Shown here one piece after another: positions 36,400 through 49,914 of a stretch of 64,000 nt of DNA (positions are counted from its first letter, which is position 1; each line of letters opens with the position of its first letter). Made by a program: the position numbers and the translations under genes. The DNA comes from Octopus sinensis (taxonomy: Eukaryota): contig NC_043000.1 of assembly GCF_006345805.1 (NCBI RefSeq), forward strand, positions 23,684,001-23,748,000, given 5' to 3'. Under the pieces are notes generated by a model. That model was not told the origin of the DNA, made no database searches, and saw nothing but the letters and a program-made list of their open reading frames with translations.

Positions 36400-37040
36400 T
36401 GCTTCTATGTTGATAGTTTTACAGACCTTGCAGTGGTAGGCAAGATCTTCCTTTTCAGTGATAGTAACTTTTTGCAGGAATTGTAGACGCTATATGCTCC
36501 TACTACTGTAGGTGAGCCACTTGGAGTTACGGGTTGTGGTAATATAAGGAATGTGAAGGGACATACCTAGGACGATGGCATCGATCATCCACTTAAATGT
36601 TTCAAATGGAATTAGGCTGAACCGCATTTATTATCAGAGATACTGGGCATAAAAATGATGGAAGCTGTGGCAAGTACCAGGGTGTCTAGGAGATGGGCTG
36701 TGTGCCAAATATTGGCTTGATGGGGAAGTTGTCAGATTATCCAATGGATGTAGTTAGTGGTGAAAGGATGAACGCTAGAAAAAGATGAAGACGCATCAGT
36801 ACGTTGATTAAAGATACGAGGTGTACATACGAATTAGTATAGATAGTTGAGGGAAACAAATGCTTTGATCTCTGCGCCTGTAGCCTTGCTATTATGAGGC
36901 GTTCGATAGCCAGGTGGACTTGTAGACATTAAACTCTCCGAAAGAGATGTATGGTGCGACAGGTATCTTCGATGCAGGAAGTTAGTTAAAAAGCTGATGA
37001 TGATTAGAGGAGCTTGGAAAACGTTAGCGACGGCAGATGA
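36400..37040 (-). mobile_element. Decayed LINE APE endonuclease region
   Basis: Minus translation SFGEFNVYKSTWL...GAEIKAFVSLNYL..VCTPR resembles GDFNVH..WL...EAF...L.Q.V..PTR. Confidence 0.55.
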
Positions 37041-37447
37041 ATTAAAATAAAATAGGGTAAAGGAAAATGTTTATTCCTAATCCTCCCACCCACATCGCTA
37101 ATTACATAAAAAAAAGAAGTCACACTATTTTACGTGTAATTTTCGCCATATAGAAGCGACATTTATCACAACCTTCTTACTATTTTTAAGTTTTTTTTTT
37201 AGTTACTCCTTACCAAAAAACATCATACCTATTTTCAGCATTAAGTTATCTATGCTAATATTAACCTAGATAATTTATACAATCACCATATTACATAGTC
37301 CTGTAAATACGTAGGGTTGTCTGTATGTATGTCATTATTCAGTTTTATTTCAAGATTTCTTGCCAATAGAGAAAGAGCCAGTTTCTAACCAGGATTCAAG
37401 GTTCCTTCATTGAAATTTCATCATCAACAACAGGGTATTTTTCTTTC

Positions 37448-37645
37448 TATGTATGTATGCATGCATGCATGCATGCATGTATGTATGTATGTATGTATGT
37501 ATGTATGTATGTATGTATGTATGTATGTATGTATGTATGTATGCATGCATGCATGCATGTATGTATGTATGTATGGATGCATGCATGCATGTATGTATGT
37601 ATGTATGTATGTTGTATGTATGTATGTATGTATGTATGTATGGTG
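37448..37645. repeat. (TATG)n/(CATG)n microsatellite
   Basis: Read directly; adjoins the Dong 3' end. Confidence 0.95.
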
Positions 37646-37649
37646 CAGA

Positions 37650-38925
37650 TTTGTATGTTTTGTATGTTTTGTTTTATATATGTATTCTCATGCATATAGT
37701 TGCATATCTAGACATGCTCATACATATTTAAATGATAAACTCATGGAACGTCTTACAGATTTTTACAGTTCCAATGCTGGATTGGATGTGTAGTCTTCGA
37801 ATTAGCTTTCTCCTTTCTGGTTTTGAAAAGCCTAATTTCGCAATATTGTTATTTAGGCAGTGTTACATATCCCAGGAACCCAATAATTACAGATATAAAC
37901 CTGAACTTGTAATCTGGGTAGAGCAACTGCAGATTTCTCAATAGTTCAGCGTAGGTATTCTCTTTTTCACTGATCTTCAGCTTTATGTTAAAATCCGCTG
38001 GGCAGCTAATTTCCACAACTGTGCCTAGTTTCTTTTCTTTATCCTAAATCATTATATCAGGTTTGATGTGCTTACATTTTATTGAGGTCTTCACTGGGAT
38101 ATTCCCCAGTACTCCTTTTTATTATGAGTGGCTATGGCTTCTACCATACTGTGAGTTCTTATTTCTTTGTCCTTGGGGGTTATCCTTCCAATGGATTTCA
38201 TTATAGAGTGTCCTAGCTACAACATCATGTCTCATCGTTAGATAATACCGTGATGGCATTTTCGGACAACTGCTTATGGTGTGGATGATATCTTCGGTGT
38301 TAACTCCACGAAGTCTGCATCGGCTGTCACATTTCACTGCTTTACCTGGTTCTCTATCCCTTTTGTGCATCAGGTATCTGATTGATATTTCTTGTTCCTG
38401 GATTGCAAACGCATGCCCTTCAGAGTTGGAGGTAGTAATCCGGCTACTGGTTCATGATAGACTGCTTTGATAATCAATGTTACTATCATCTCTGAACTTT
38501 CTACTAACATATCCATGCATAGTCTTCTGCTGATATAAGCTCATCCTTTCATCTGATGATACGTTGCAGTAGAGTCGTGCGACTTTTGGGGCATGCATTT
38601 AAGGTTATCAGACAAGGAATGCTGCCCAAGGAGCTGCCTTCCAAGTCTTATGATGTTATCAGCTTCATGTATGCAAACTTGGTTAAGTGATGCACTTCGA
38701 CACTTGGTGGTTAAAAGATTTTGCCGAAAGGATACGATCGACATTCAAAGGCATTTTGGATCCATGTTAAGCCTCTGCCGCCTTGTTTTCGTATAAGGTA
38801 GAGATGGTCTACGTCACTGTTTATGTGGAAATTATGTGTGCTTGTTAGTATTTTTCAGGTTTTCACATCAATAGCTCGGATCTCATCAAGCGTTCAACCA
38901 ACCAGTCTAAATGTTGGTAAGAATC
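37650..38925 (-). mobile_element. Dong/R4-clade non-LTR retrotransposon, 5'-truncated copy A
   Basis: SDVDHLYLIRKQGGRGL (post-RT), CRL...EDIIHTISSC...RHDVVA (zinc knuckle), KPDIMI*DKEKK...VVEISCP (restriction-like endonuclease), stop at 37728-37730. Several frameshifts. Confidence 0.88.
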
Positions 38926-39265
38926 TCAAATGGAGAATTTTGGGGACGTCTTGCACATTTTCATTGTTCCACTAATAGACTGGATGTGGAGAATCCGCGT
39001 CAGTTTCTTTTGCTCTTTTTCCATGAAACCGAGTATTTCAAGGTTTTTATGCAAATTTGTTGGTACAATAACCTAATGCACTTATGAAGATAGGTACAAA
39101 CGAGAATTCATAGTCGTGTTACACGTGTTATAGATTCCACATTAATTCACCAAATGTGTTCTCTTTCCTCTGGACTTTTGATTTATGTTCGTATCCGCCG
39201 GCAACTGACCTTTACAACATCACATGGCTTTTGTTACCTGTCCCACAGAACAATATTAGATTTGT
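38926..39265 (-). mobile_element. Dong/R4-clade copy B, diverged endonuclease C-terminal fragment
   Basis: KSNIVLWDR...VVKVSC...FVPIFISALGY...LHIQSISGTMKMCKT parallels copy A (LHIQSSIGTVKICKT). Confidence 0.75.
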
Positions 39266-39269
39266 TATT

Positions 39270-39930
<661 letters not shown>

Positions 39931-39965
39931 TACAAATGTGTATATATGTATTTATGCATATATAT

Positions 39966-40325
39966 CTCTTTTACTCTTTTATATATTTCAGTTATTTGAC
40001 TGCAGCCATGCTGGAACATCGCCTTTAGTCGAAGAAATTGACCCCAGGACTTATTCTTTGTAAGCCTAGTACTTATTCTATCGGTGTCTTTTGCCGAACC
40101 GTTAAGTTTCGGGGACATAAACACAGACACAAAAACACACATAAATATATATACATATATACGACGGGCTTCTTTCAGTCTCCATCTACCAAATCACTCA
40201 CAAGGCTTTGGTCGGTCCGAAACTATAGTAGAAGACACTTGCCCAAGGTGTCACGCAGTGGAACTGAACTCGGAACCATGTGGTTGGCAAGAAAGCTTCT
40301 TACCACTAAGTCACGCCTGCGCCTA
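39966..40325 (-). mobile_element. SINE family B with internal deletion
   Basis: Reverse match to tail, body and head. Confidence 0.8.
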
Positions 40326-40332
40326 CATACAT

Positions 40333-40399
<67 letters not shown>

Positions 40400-40554
40400 T
40401 ACATATATTCTGTTATGTCTGGGGAGAGTCATTCTCTTTTAGTGCCTTATAATTTAACACACCGGTAAAACTTCCACTTATTTCTTTTTTTATTTTTCTA
40501 AAATTTTCGTTGCGTCTTGCAACCTTTTCAATAGTTTTGATTATTGCAAACTCG

Positions 40555-40657
40555 TGTGGTGTGTGTGTGTGTGGTGTGTGTGTGTGTTGTGTGTGTGTTG
40601 TGTGTGTGTGTGTGTGTGGTGTGTGTGTGGTGTGTGTGTGTGTGTGTGTGTGTGTGT
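40555..40657. repeat. (TG)n microsatellite
   Basis: Read directly from the sequence. Confidence 0.95.
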
Positions 40658-40955
40658 GGAGGCGCAATGGCCCAGTGGTTAGGGCAGCAAACTCGCGGTC
40701 GGAGGATCGCAGTTTCGATTCCCAGACCGGGTGTTGTGTGTGTTTATTGAGTGAAAACACCTAGAAGCTCCACGAGGTTCCGGCAGGGGTTGGTGGCGAC
40801 CCCCGTTGTACTCTTTCGCCACAACTTTCTCTCACTCCCTCTTCCTGTTTCTTGAGTAACGCTGCGATGGACTGGCGTCCCATCCAGCTGGGAGGAACAC
40901 ATACGCCACAGAAACCGGGCCCATGAGCCTGGCTAGGCTTGAAAAGGGCAACGTT
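40657..40955 (+). mobile_element. SINE family D (tRNA-like head, V-domain-like core)
   Basis: A box TGGCCCAGTGG at 40668, B box GTTTCGATTCC at 40712. TGCGATGGACTGGCGTCCCATCCAG at 40863 resembles the V-SINE domain. Confidence 0.82.
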
Positions 40956-40998
40956 TATCGATTTTATACACACACACACACACACGCGCACGCGTACG

Positions 40999-41049
<51 letters not shown>

Positions 41050-42149
41050 CGGGCTTCCACAAGTTTCTGTTTAGCAAATCCACTCACAAATCATACTTTG
41101 TAGAAGATACTTGCCCATGGTGTTGCGTAATGGGACAGAAACCGAAACCAGGCGGCTGCAAAGCAACCTTCTTCGCCAGACAGCCATGCCTGCACCACGC
41201 TTACTCAGATGAAAGCTTTCCCGTTTTCGTTCCCCCACAATCGGTTTCCCCCATCATTAAACACATCCCGGATATTTTACTCGCTGTTCGTTGACCTCGA
41301 TGGTTACAAGATTTTTATTGGCAGTCCTGAATGTCGTCAATAGGGTTTGTCAGACATCACCGGATGAATGCAACGAAATAAATTACTAGTTTATATATTA
41401 TTGCATGGTTTAATTGGTCACTATTTTGTTAAAGGAGAATGAGAGTACAAAAACGGAAGTAAAGGAGGATTGACAAAATCAAATAGAGATAGATAGGTGT
41501 GAAGAAGCAAGTTATATAAAGTAATCGAGTCGCGGTATTTTGAGCGGCGAATAATTACTTTATATTAATAGTTACATGAAAATGTTAGTCAATTAAAACA
41601 GTAGTCTTAATGATTGGTTTCGGTGTACATGGGCAGAAGCAGAAATTCCTAACATCAGCCTTAATAATTAAATACGAGAAACGTAACAGTCAGAGAGCTT
41701 GCTGGCGGTGAGTTAATGCACGAGGAGAACGAGTGATGGACGTGGTTCGCTCCGGGAGACACTTTTACGGAGGCGGCATTTTGGGGTCTACTGTAAAAGC
41801 CTGTATATAGGGTGGAAAACTTAAGGGCTACACCAGATGGCATACACCTAGCCACATCACTGAAAACGGGTAGAAATATGAGAAAAGCCAATTCAACAAC
41901 GAGTGATTGCTCACAATGTTTAATCCAGAACACAGTTTTAAGCATCTGAGATAGAAATTTGAATTTTGAACATAAATTTAATGAAAATATACGACGGATT
42001 ATTAAAATTTCTTCGTAACAAACCGTTAAGGTTGCCATCAACGTATTTGATCGTCTGGTTAATATTCTAAAATTCCAACTACAGAATAAGATGTCGTCCT
42101 CCTTTTACATTCATACATCATTTGGCAAGAAGATGCAATACAGGACCAG

Positions 42150-42275
42150 CAATTTTAGGAGAAGGGCAAAACGACTGCATCGACCCAGTGCTCAACTGGT
42201 ACTTATTTTATCGAACTCCGAAAAGATGAACGGCAAAGTCGACCTCAGAGGAATTTGAACTCAGAACGTAAGACA
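42150..42275 (-). mobile_element. SINE family A fragment
   Basis: Reverse core gatgaacggcaaagtcgacctcagaggaatttgaactcagaacg. Confidence 0.65.
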
Positions 42276-44039
42276 GCGCCTTAAAGATGCGATGGTATAG
42301 CGTTGGACAAAACATTTACTGCTACTTAATTAAAGCCCTTTTGTGTTCTGAATTAAAATGCGCGCGCACACACAGAGACGCAATCTCAACTTTGTCTTTC
42401 CAATCACCGAGGTCGATAAAATAGTATCGAAAAAACATTGGGGTCTTTGTAGTCAACTAAAACCCTTGAAGGAAGTGCATCAGCATGGCCGCAGACCAGT
42501 AACTAAAATCATCTAAAGAATAGAAATAATAATCTTTTATTTGTCTCAGACATTGGACTACGGTCATGCTGGGGCACCGCCTTGAGTGATTTCTAGTCAA
42601 CTTCAGAACTTTTTTATGCCCAGTATTTATGCTATCGGTTTCTTTTGCCGAACCGCTAAGCAAATCAACACTACTTCTCAAGCGGTGTGAGAACAAATAC
42701 AACACACACACACATAATTGGACTGAACCCGAAACAATGTGTTTGGGAATCAAACTTCTTCATTTCATTCAATTTGCCACAAGGGCATTACACAGATAGA
42801 AGCTTACGGGCTGGACACGGACATTAATAAGATGAATGATAATGATACAAGGATGATAAGGATGGAAGAAAATGAAAGCGCCTGCCGACTTTCGCTTCTC
42901 TAAAACATTGTTCCATTATAAACGTCGCATCGAGGCAATAAACCTCTTCCACATTTCATAAACAAAACACATTTACGAGGCAATAATCCTCTTACATTTT
43001 TACAGTTCAAAAACTTGTTGAGGTAATTAACCTCTTACAAAAAATATTACATTCTTCTCTGCCCCACCAGGCTCCTCGCTTCTTTGAAGCATCTGTTTAG
43101 TAGCAAGGCAGAGCACTTCATCATATATCTGAAGGAGTCCGCCGGGAAGGAATTCATTGTCCTGCACAGATCGGTCTCCCATATGACCTCCGCGGCCACC
43201 TCCGAAGGCCACTCAGGGTCCTCTGTGCAAGACAGAAGCCCCTCCCACCGGCTCTTCCTTTCAATTTTCCGAATCACACACAGACACGCCTGCACCTAAT
43301 ATTTGGTAACTTTGACAAAATATGATAAAGTCATGGTTCAGTTAAGAGGAAGATGTTAATATCCCTGTTTCTGTCGTCATAATTACATCACCGTCTTCCA
43401 CAAAACACCAGTGCTTCGTCATTCATTCGCTATTAGCATTGATCTGTCGATAGGTTGCGACTCAGGCCAACGTTGGTTTCATTTTCCAAGTGGTAGAGCC
43501 ACACGATGAAGTGGTCAGGAACGAAACTTTTCCTTTCTTTTCCTTGTTTGCAACCAATAATTTTTCAGTCATACATTATTAGTGACTCTGACTACTAATG
43601 TGCCAAATTTACCAAAGTTAGTCGGTTTATGAAGACTGTTGAGTGTCGTGAGAGTTTCCCACGCTATCCCAGTGGGTGAAAATGACAAGAAAACAGACCG
43701 AGATTTTAACGAATTGGGTTTGTGTTCCTTGTCTTGATCAACGACCGCTTATCAATCAGTGGAACAATTTCCCCAAGTTTTCCAAATGCCTAATTCTTAA
43801 AATTTCCAAAAGATACTCGAACTCATTCTGTTCAGTCAATGCTCAAACCGTTGAATTATGTTTGCGCTTGAAATTAGTTGTTCAACTGGCAGTAGTTACT
43901 GGCTTCAGCATTCATCTACTGAGTTTTAAAAAAGCAATCTTTGGCTTTATCTTCCAAGAAACAGTTCAAAATAAAACGATCACCCCCCCCCCCACACACA
44001 CAAAACGCTCGAGTTAACTATACAATAGTTTACAAGGCT

Positions 44040-44272
44040 AAGGCGGCCAGCTGGCAGAAACGTTAGCACGCCGGGCGAAATACGTAGCCGTATTTCGTCT
44101 GCCGTTACGATCTGGGTTCAAATTCCGCCGAGGTCGACTTCGCCTTTCATCCTTTCGGGGTCGATTAATTAAGTACCAGTTACGTACTGGGTCGATGTAA
44201 TCGACTTAATCCATTTGTCTGTCCTTGTTTGTCCCCTCTGTGTTTAGCCCCTTGTGGGGTAATAAAGAAATA
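44040..44272 (+). mobile_element. SINE family A, young, with 21-bp TSD
   Basis: TSD TATACAATAG[T/C]TTACAAGGCT at 44019-44039 and 44273-44293. Confidence 0.9.
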
Positions 44273-45962
44273 TATACAATAGCTTACAAGGCTGTAAACT
44301 ATACAATTGAACCTATAAAGTGCAGCGCGATTATTAAGCTCAGCTGCTTCTGTTTGTCACCCAAACGCCAAGTTTCCCCCAGGTTAACAGCTGAAGCTTC
44401 CTCATGAAATTTGGAATAGCTATATTTTCGTTGTCGTCAACCTTCTCCCTTCTCTTTAATTAATATAAAAGGGCAATTTCTTCTTCCAGACAATTCTGTA
44501 GCGGTGTCCTGACCGCCTTAGACTACAAGTGGCGGCTTATATATAGGAATTGCGGAACTGCCGTACCCCCTATTTCTACTCGATATTATCGATAACATCC
44601 AATATAATGAGTCCTTTTTTCTTTAATTTTTCTTTATACCTGTACATTATATAATCCTTAAGCTTAATGTCAGTAGCCATCCCCTAGTTTATGAAAAAAA
44701 TACAAAAATCCTTGTATAGAACTGTGCACTTCACAGTTCCAGCGACGCGATGTTTGCTCACATATCCGAGATAGGAAGCTTCACACCAGGGAGAGATAGC
44801 ACTGCGTGAACGACAATGCCGGGTGAAAGGTAGTGTTTTTTTGACTCCGCGTGTGTTGTACTTAAAAACGTATAGAGTTAGATTATTATCCTGCTTCTAG
44901 CTTCAGTGTTGCTGCCAAGATTTGAAAAATAGGGCACATCCCCTCCTATTTTGTGATTTGGGGGTATTTTTAAAAAACAAGGGGGAATTCGCGGTGGTGT
45001 TCAGTGAACAAATTAAACACATGGATTTCAACGACTATTTCGATAAAGGCATAAAATTTGCGTAATCTTCTTTTTAATACATCTGCATCAAACCTTTTTC
45101 ATTCTTTAGAATTGTTTGTTGATGCCAAAATCGATTTATCTTTTCTGAGCAGTTTTACTTTTCAATTTATTGATCTTTAAACTGCTTATACAGCAACAGA
45201 GATAATATATAATGTTTTATATATAATGATTTATATGATATATAATGATTTATCAAATGACCTTGTCTGGGCACAAACGTCTTTGCTATTGCGTAATAGT
45301 GACTTGATTTTCTGCTTTTCGTTGCTTTGTTTCTGTGCAATCCCAAGCTTATTTTCATCGGGTGGACTGCATCCCCATCCGCACTAACAGGAATTCTAAT
45401 TCCTTCAATGAGATGGTGGACAAATTTTAGTTCAGATTTGTTCTCTCAAATAAGATAACGAGAATAGGATGTTGTTTTGAAAAGATCTAAATTTGACTGT
45501 TTGTTCACGAATTACGATCAATGGATTCTAGCCCGTAAATTTGTGGCACAGAGACAAACATTCGGCTGTGTAGGTCAACATTTTACTGTGATTGCTAACG
45601 TTGGCAATTTACTAAGTGGCAATGAACTACAAATAACGGCAGCATTAAAGTAGGGTGTTAAGATATTTGTATTCCTGGTGAATGTTGTTGTGGAGAGTTT
45701 ATAGATAGTGGTCCGTGGCTAGACCTTAGAAGCTCTGAAACCAAAGACTTCGAGACGAGGAGTAGTTGAGTTTTTATGAGTAACAGTAGGTTCGAATTGG
45801 ATTGTGAACAGGCTGTCTCACGTGATCTTATTTAGGGACTTCGATTGGTTATGCTGCATATTGGCGCGAGAAAGTAAGAGACAACTTGCGCCAATACTAA
45901 CCAATCAGAGTAGTGGACCCAACGGGGTCCAAATATCGGCCAACGGTTAGCTGTTATCTACT

Positions 45963-46356
45963 ATACTCTTACTCTTTTACATGTTTCAGTCATTTGACTG
46001 CGGCCATGCTGGAGCACCGCCTTTAATCGAGCAACTCGACCCCGGGACTTATTCTTTTATAAGCCCAGTACTTATTCTATCGGTCTCTTTTGCCGAACCG
46101 CTAAGTAACGGGGACATAAACACACCAGCATCGGTTGTCAAGCAATGCTAGGCGGACAAACACAGACACACACACATACATATATATATACATATAGACG
46201 ACGGGCTTCTTTCAGTTTCCGTCTACCAAATCCACTCACAAGGCTTTGGTCGGCCCGAGGCTATAGTAGAAGACACTTGCCCAAGGTGCCACGCAATGGG
46301 ACTGAACCCGGAACCATGTGGTTGGTAAACAAGCTACTTACCACACAGCCACTCCT
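45963..46356 (-). mobile_element. SINE family B, young full-length copy
   Basis: CpG-intact; used as the working consensus for family B. Confidence 0.9.
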
Positions 46357-46772
46357 ATATATACTATGTTCGTATATATAATAAAGTGAAGAGAAATTTC
46401 ACTCGAGTGTACGCTACAAGTCCATGGACGATTTAGTATCACATGAAATTTCCAGATATTTAAACGACAGTAGGTTTCTAAGACATCCAGAAATGAATAA
46501 AATAATGAAGCAGTCATTTAACTCCATTTTTATTCCATCTGTTCTGGAGTCATTTAGTTTATATCGTACTTACGGGAGCACTGTTTCTTTTCTCCAATAA
46601 AAGGAGAAGAGTGAAGTTCAGAGCTAGCAAGCTCGTCTCGTCTAGCACGATAAGAAAATCATCCAAATAAAATAGAGAACATGGCGGAAATGAACAGACT
46701 GCTGTACAGAATTGTACGGTTAAAAGAAGAAAAACAGAATGAAATGGAAAGATGGCAGATTATAGCCTTCTG

Positions 46773-46917
46773 GGATCTTTTCGGTTTGAACGGCAGTTTT
46801 TTCTAGCGCTGTCATAAGAAATTGTCACCCATAATTATGACCCTAGTATCGATCTATTGCTTTTCAATCTGTTTTAGGGTTAGGGTTAGGGGTGAGGGGA
46901 AGGGTATCTTTTTTCTT
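46773..46917. mobile_element. Left-end fragment of the TTAGGG-bearing Merlin-like MITE
   Basis: Aligns with 35578-35725, including the TIR and the TTAGGG repeats. Confidence 0.85.
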
Positions 46918-47008
46918 CCCCTATCAGGAATGGAATTGTAGCTGGTCATGCAATAGCGTAGATGCTTCCTCGTTATATCTAATCAATATAATACATTAAT
47001 TTAATTTG

Positions 47009-47218
47009 GGTTCTTGTTAAATTCCTTCCAACCATTTGAAGTATTTCATATTTCCACGAGATTATTTTTGAAGACAAAAATCATATTCATTTTTTTTAAT
47101 AGAAATTAATAATAAAGTTAAGTGCATTAACGATTATGTAATTTAAACCAACCGGAAGCTTCCAATCTGGTGAAAATTTAAAATACTTCAAGCGGTTGGG
47201 AGAATTTTAACAAGATCC
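47009..47218. mobile_element. MITE with GG(T/A)TCTTG termini
   Basis: About 38-bp imperfect TIRs. No TSD recognisable. Confidence 0.6.
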
Positions 47219-48254
47219 GAACGAGATAATGCAGCGATTATAAATGACATTAAAGACGGACTTTGCATATCTAAAACGAAAAGCCATTATATGATAAAAC
47301 TTCATCTTTTTACGATACATCCATGTCATTTGCATAATTCAGATAACATATTCTGGAGATATCGATATAGCTAAAACTATTTTGCAAAATATTTGATTTC
47401 TAATTTAAAGTCACAAAATACTTACGTCATATAAATCTACTGCGTCTTTAAAATAATGGACACTCAACCAGTTTTAAGTTGACTGTCCACTAGGTTAGCT
47501 GAGGCTTCGTTGTATATCGTTGAGTACATTCTGACTTGGATGGTTTCTTGTTTTTTAAACAGAAATATGTAATGAAACAATTTGATATATCGTCAATAAG
47601 TTAACCAGTAAAAGAGTTTTCTAATATTGAAATGTTCACATTTTAAAAAATATCATGTATGACTTTGCTTTGTACGTGTAGACAAAATTCTGATACGGTT
47701 TTATTTGTTTATTTTTAACATTGTGACATCATTTCTTTTCTCGTGTTATTCCTCTAAAACATATTCACAGTTAGTTTAATATGTAGAAATACTAAATTCT
47801 TTTTGCTATAGTCTACTACGTTTCCCGCGAGCAATTTTATCTAACACACACAATCCAACATTACACAGATCTTTCTGAAGCCAAGAAGAATATATTATTA
47901 GTAAAAGATAACTAGAATACTTGCTTGTTGTTCTTTTAACCCAAGGCCAACTTTATTTAGCAAAAGTATTCGAGCCTCAATCATTTCGTCTGGTTCTATC
48001 TCTAAGACTATATTGTACAATGTCTCCTTCCTTTTCAGGACGGTAGTGAGGGGTTTATGGCATTTTGCTGTTATTTCTTGTTATTCAAATGCTCGCATTG
48101 AAGTTTCTTGTATTAGTTGTTATGCTGAACACTTTGTATTTGTCATTAATGAACCCTATCTGTATTTTCTATGTCAGTGACGATAAATTTTACAATATTA
48201 ACAACAGTAACAACGACGACGATAATAATAAATTTACTATAATGGGCGTTATGT

Positions 48255-49480
48255 CGACACGCATCTCCCACATCCTAGGTCACGCGAGATGCCTTTCAAC
48301 GTCTCCAGTTTGCGTAGTGATGGCTCTAAAGTCAGTACATACAAAAGAGACGAGAGTGGGTAACCCTGACGGACCGATCGTATGACTTTGAACGACTCTG
48401 AGAGATGACCGTTCACTCTGACTACTGAACAGATGTCGCTGTACATTGCAGCGATCCACCCCCTGAATACAGGTCCGAAATCAGCTGCCTTGAGGACCGC
48501 CGCCAGGTATAGATGGTCGACCCTATCGAAAGCTTTAGGCAAGGATTGGATCGTGGATTTATTGCCACGCCGTGCCTCTGTCACTCGGGCCCTCGTCCCT
48601 TCGTGTCTAAGTGCTCGTGCCTTAGCTCTGACAACGCAACCTTCGTGTTTCGCGTTGAAAAATTGGTCGAGTGCCAATCTTGCTGCGAGCATATCGGTCG
48701 TGAGTGCTTTTTCTAAAAGCCTCGCCTAGCTTTTTGATTAAATCTGCCTCTACTCTGTTTCTTTCTACTGCTAATCCTTTGCTAAACCTTATCGATTCTA
48801 TTCTAATAGCCCTTTTCAGGGCGAACCACCATTTATTGTTGATTGTTGCCCCCATCAACGTCCTCTTAACTAGTTCACTTATCCGATGAAAAATCTTTAC
48901 ACGCCGGCAACGACATGTTCAGCTTCAAGTAACCGGGTCCCTGTCTATGAAGCTTGTCTAAGTCGACTGTACACGAACTTATGGTCTGTGTAGTCGACTA
49001 CTTTAAACTGTGGACAATCTATGCTATCCTTATCTGCTACTCTACAGAACACCCTATCTAAATACGATCTGAGTAACCCGATGCTGTTTGACCAGGTCTA
49101 CACTGGCACATCTTGGAAATCCAGTCGATACCTGTCAGACAGTTGGAATCGTCTGAGCAGGTTTACGATGCTTTTGCACCCTTCTTTCCTATCTACTAAA
49201 TTTACACAGCCCCACCTTACATCTAAAACTCCATTCCAATCCCCCACTAACACTACAGGTCCGAAATCAGCTGCCTTGAGGACCGCCGCCAGGTATAGAT
49301 GGTCGACCCTATCGAAAGCTTTAGGCACTAACACTAACACTTCCTAGGAAGATTTCCAGACATCTGAAGAAATCTGGTCGTTCTGCCTCTGTCGGGGCAT
49401 AGACGGCAACTAGCCTTAAAGTATGTCTTTCGTTGCCTCTCACGTCCAGGACCTCAGACACCTTCTGGATCCAGGAAGAT
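48255..49480 (-). mobile_element. Rearranged, internally deleted Tx1/L1-clade ORF2 remnant (EN plus part of RT)
   Basis: RLVAVYAP, VLVGDWN, TW...SYLDRVF...TDH, GPGYLKLN (EN); KAFDRVDH...VRVNG...SVRQGYPLS.LLYVL (RT). Several hundred codons are missing between linker and RT. Confidence 0.88.
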
Positions 49481-49681
49481 CGTCCTTATTAATGATGATG
49501 ATGATATAGCAGATTCGAAACCGAGTTGTCGAGTAAGCATCACGGCTAGGCCATGGTCATTTCACGTGCTCGGTCGGTTAACCGATTAATGAGCGTCAAG
49601 TAACCGCGTGATTCTACTTTCTAAAACTTACTCATTGAATCCTATATAAAGGTGGTATTTTGGCAGTAAGTAATAAGTAAT

Positions 49682-49914
49682 AAGGCGGCGAGCTAGCAGA
49701 ATCGTTAGCACGTCGGGCGAAATGCTTAGCGGTATTTCGTCTGCCGTTACGTTGTGAGTTCAAATTCCGCCGAGGTCGACTTTGCCTTTCATCCTTTCGG
49801 GGTCGATAAATTAAGTACCAGTTAAGCACTGGGGTCGATATAATCGACTTAATACCTATGTCTGTCCATGTTTGTCCCCTCTATGTTCAGCCCCTTGTGG
49901 GTAATAAAGAAATA
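49682..49914 (+). mobile_element. SINE family A, young, with 16-bp TSD
   Basis: TSD GGTATTTTGGCAGTAA at 49654-49669 and 49915-49930. Confidence 0.9.

Noticed and set aside
37410-37793. MYVC-repeat ORFs (also at 19901-20249 and 39154-40142)
   Set aside because: Tetranucleotide microsatellite artefacts.
40661-40732. tRNA gene
   Set aside because: A and B boxes are present, but the sequence continues into a SINE body with a second copy at 25885-26188 and no convincing acceptor stem.
41661-42041. 126-aa minus-strand ORF, and a plus-strand micro-exon ending at GTGAGT (about 41708)
   Set aside because: No recognisable domain and no compatible partner exons found.
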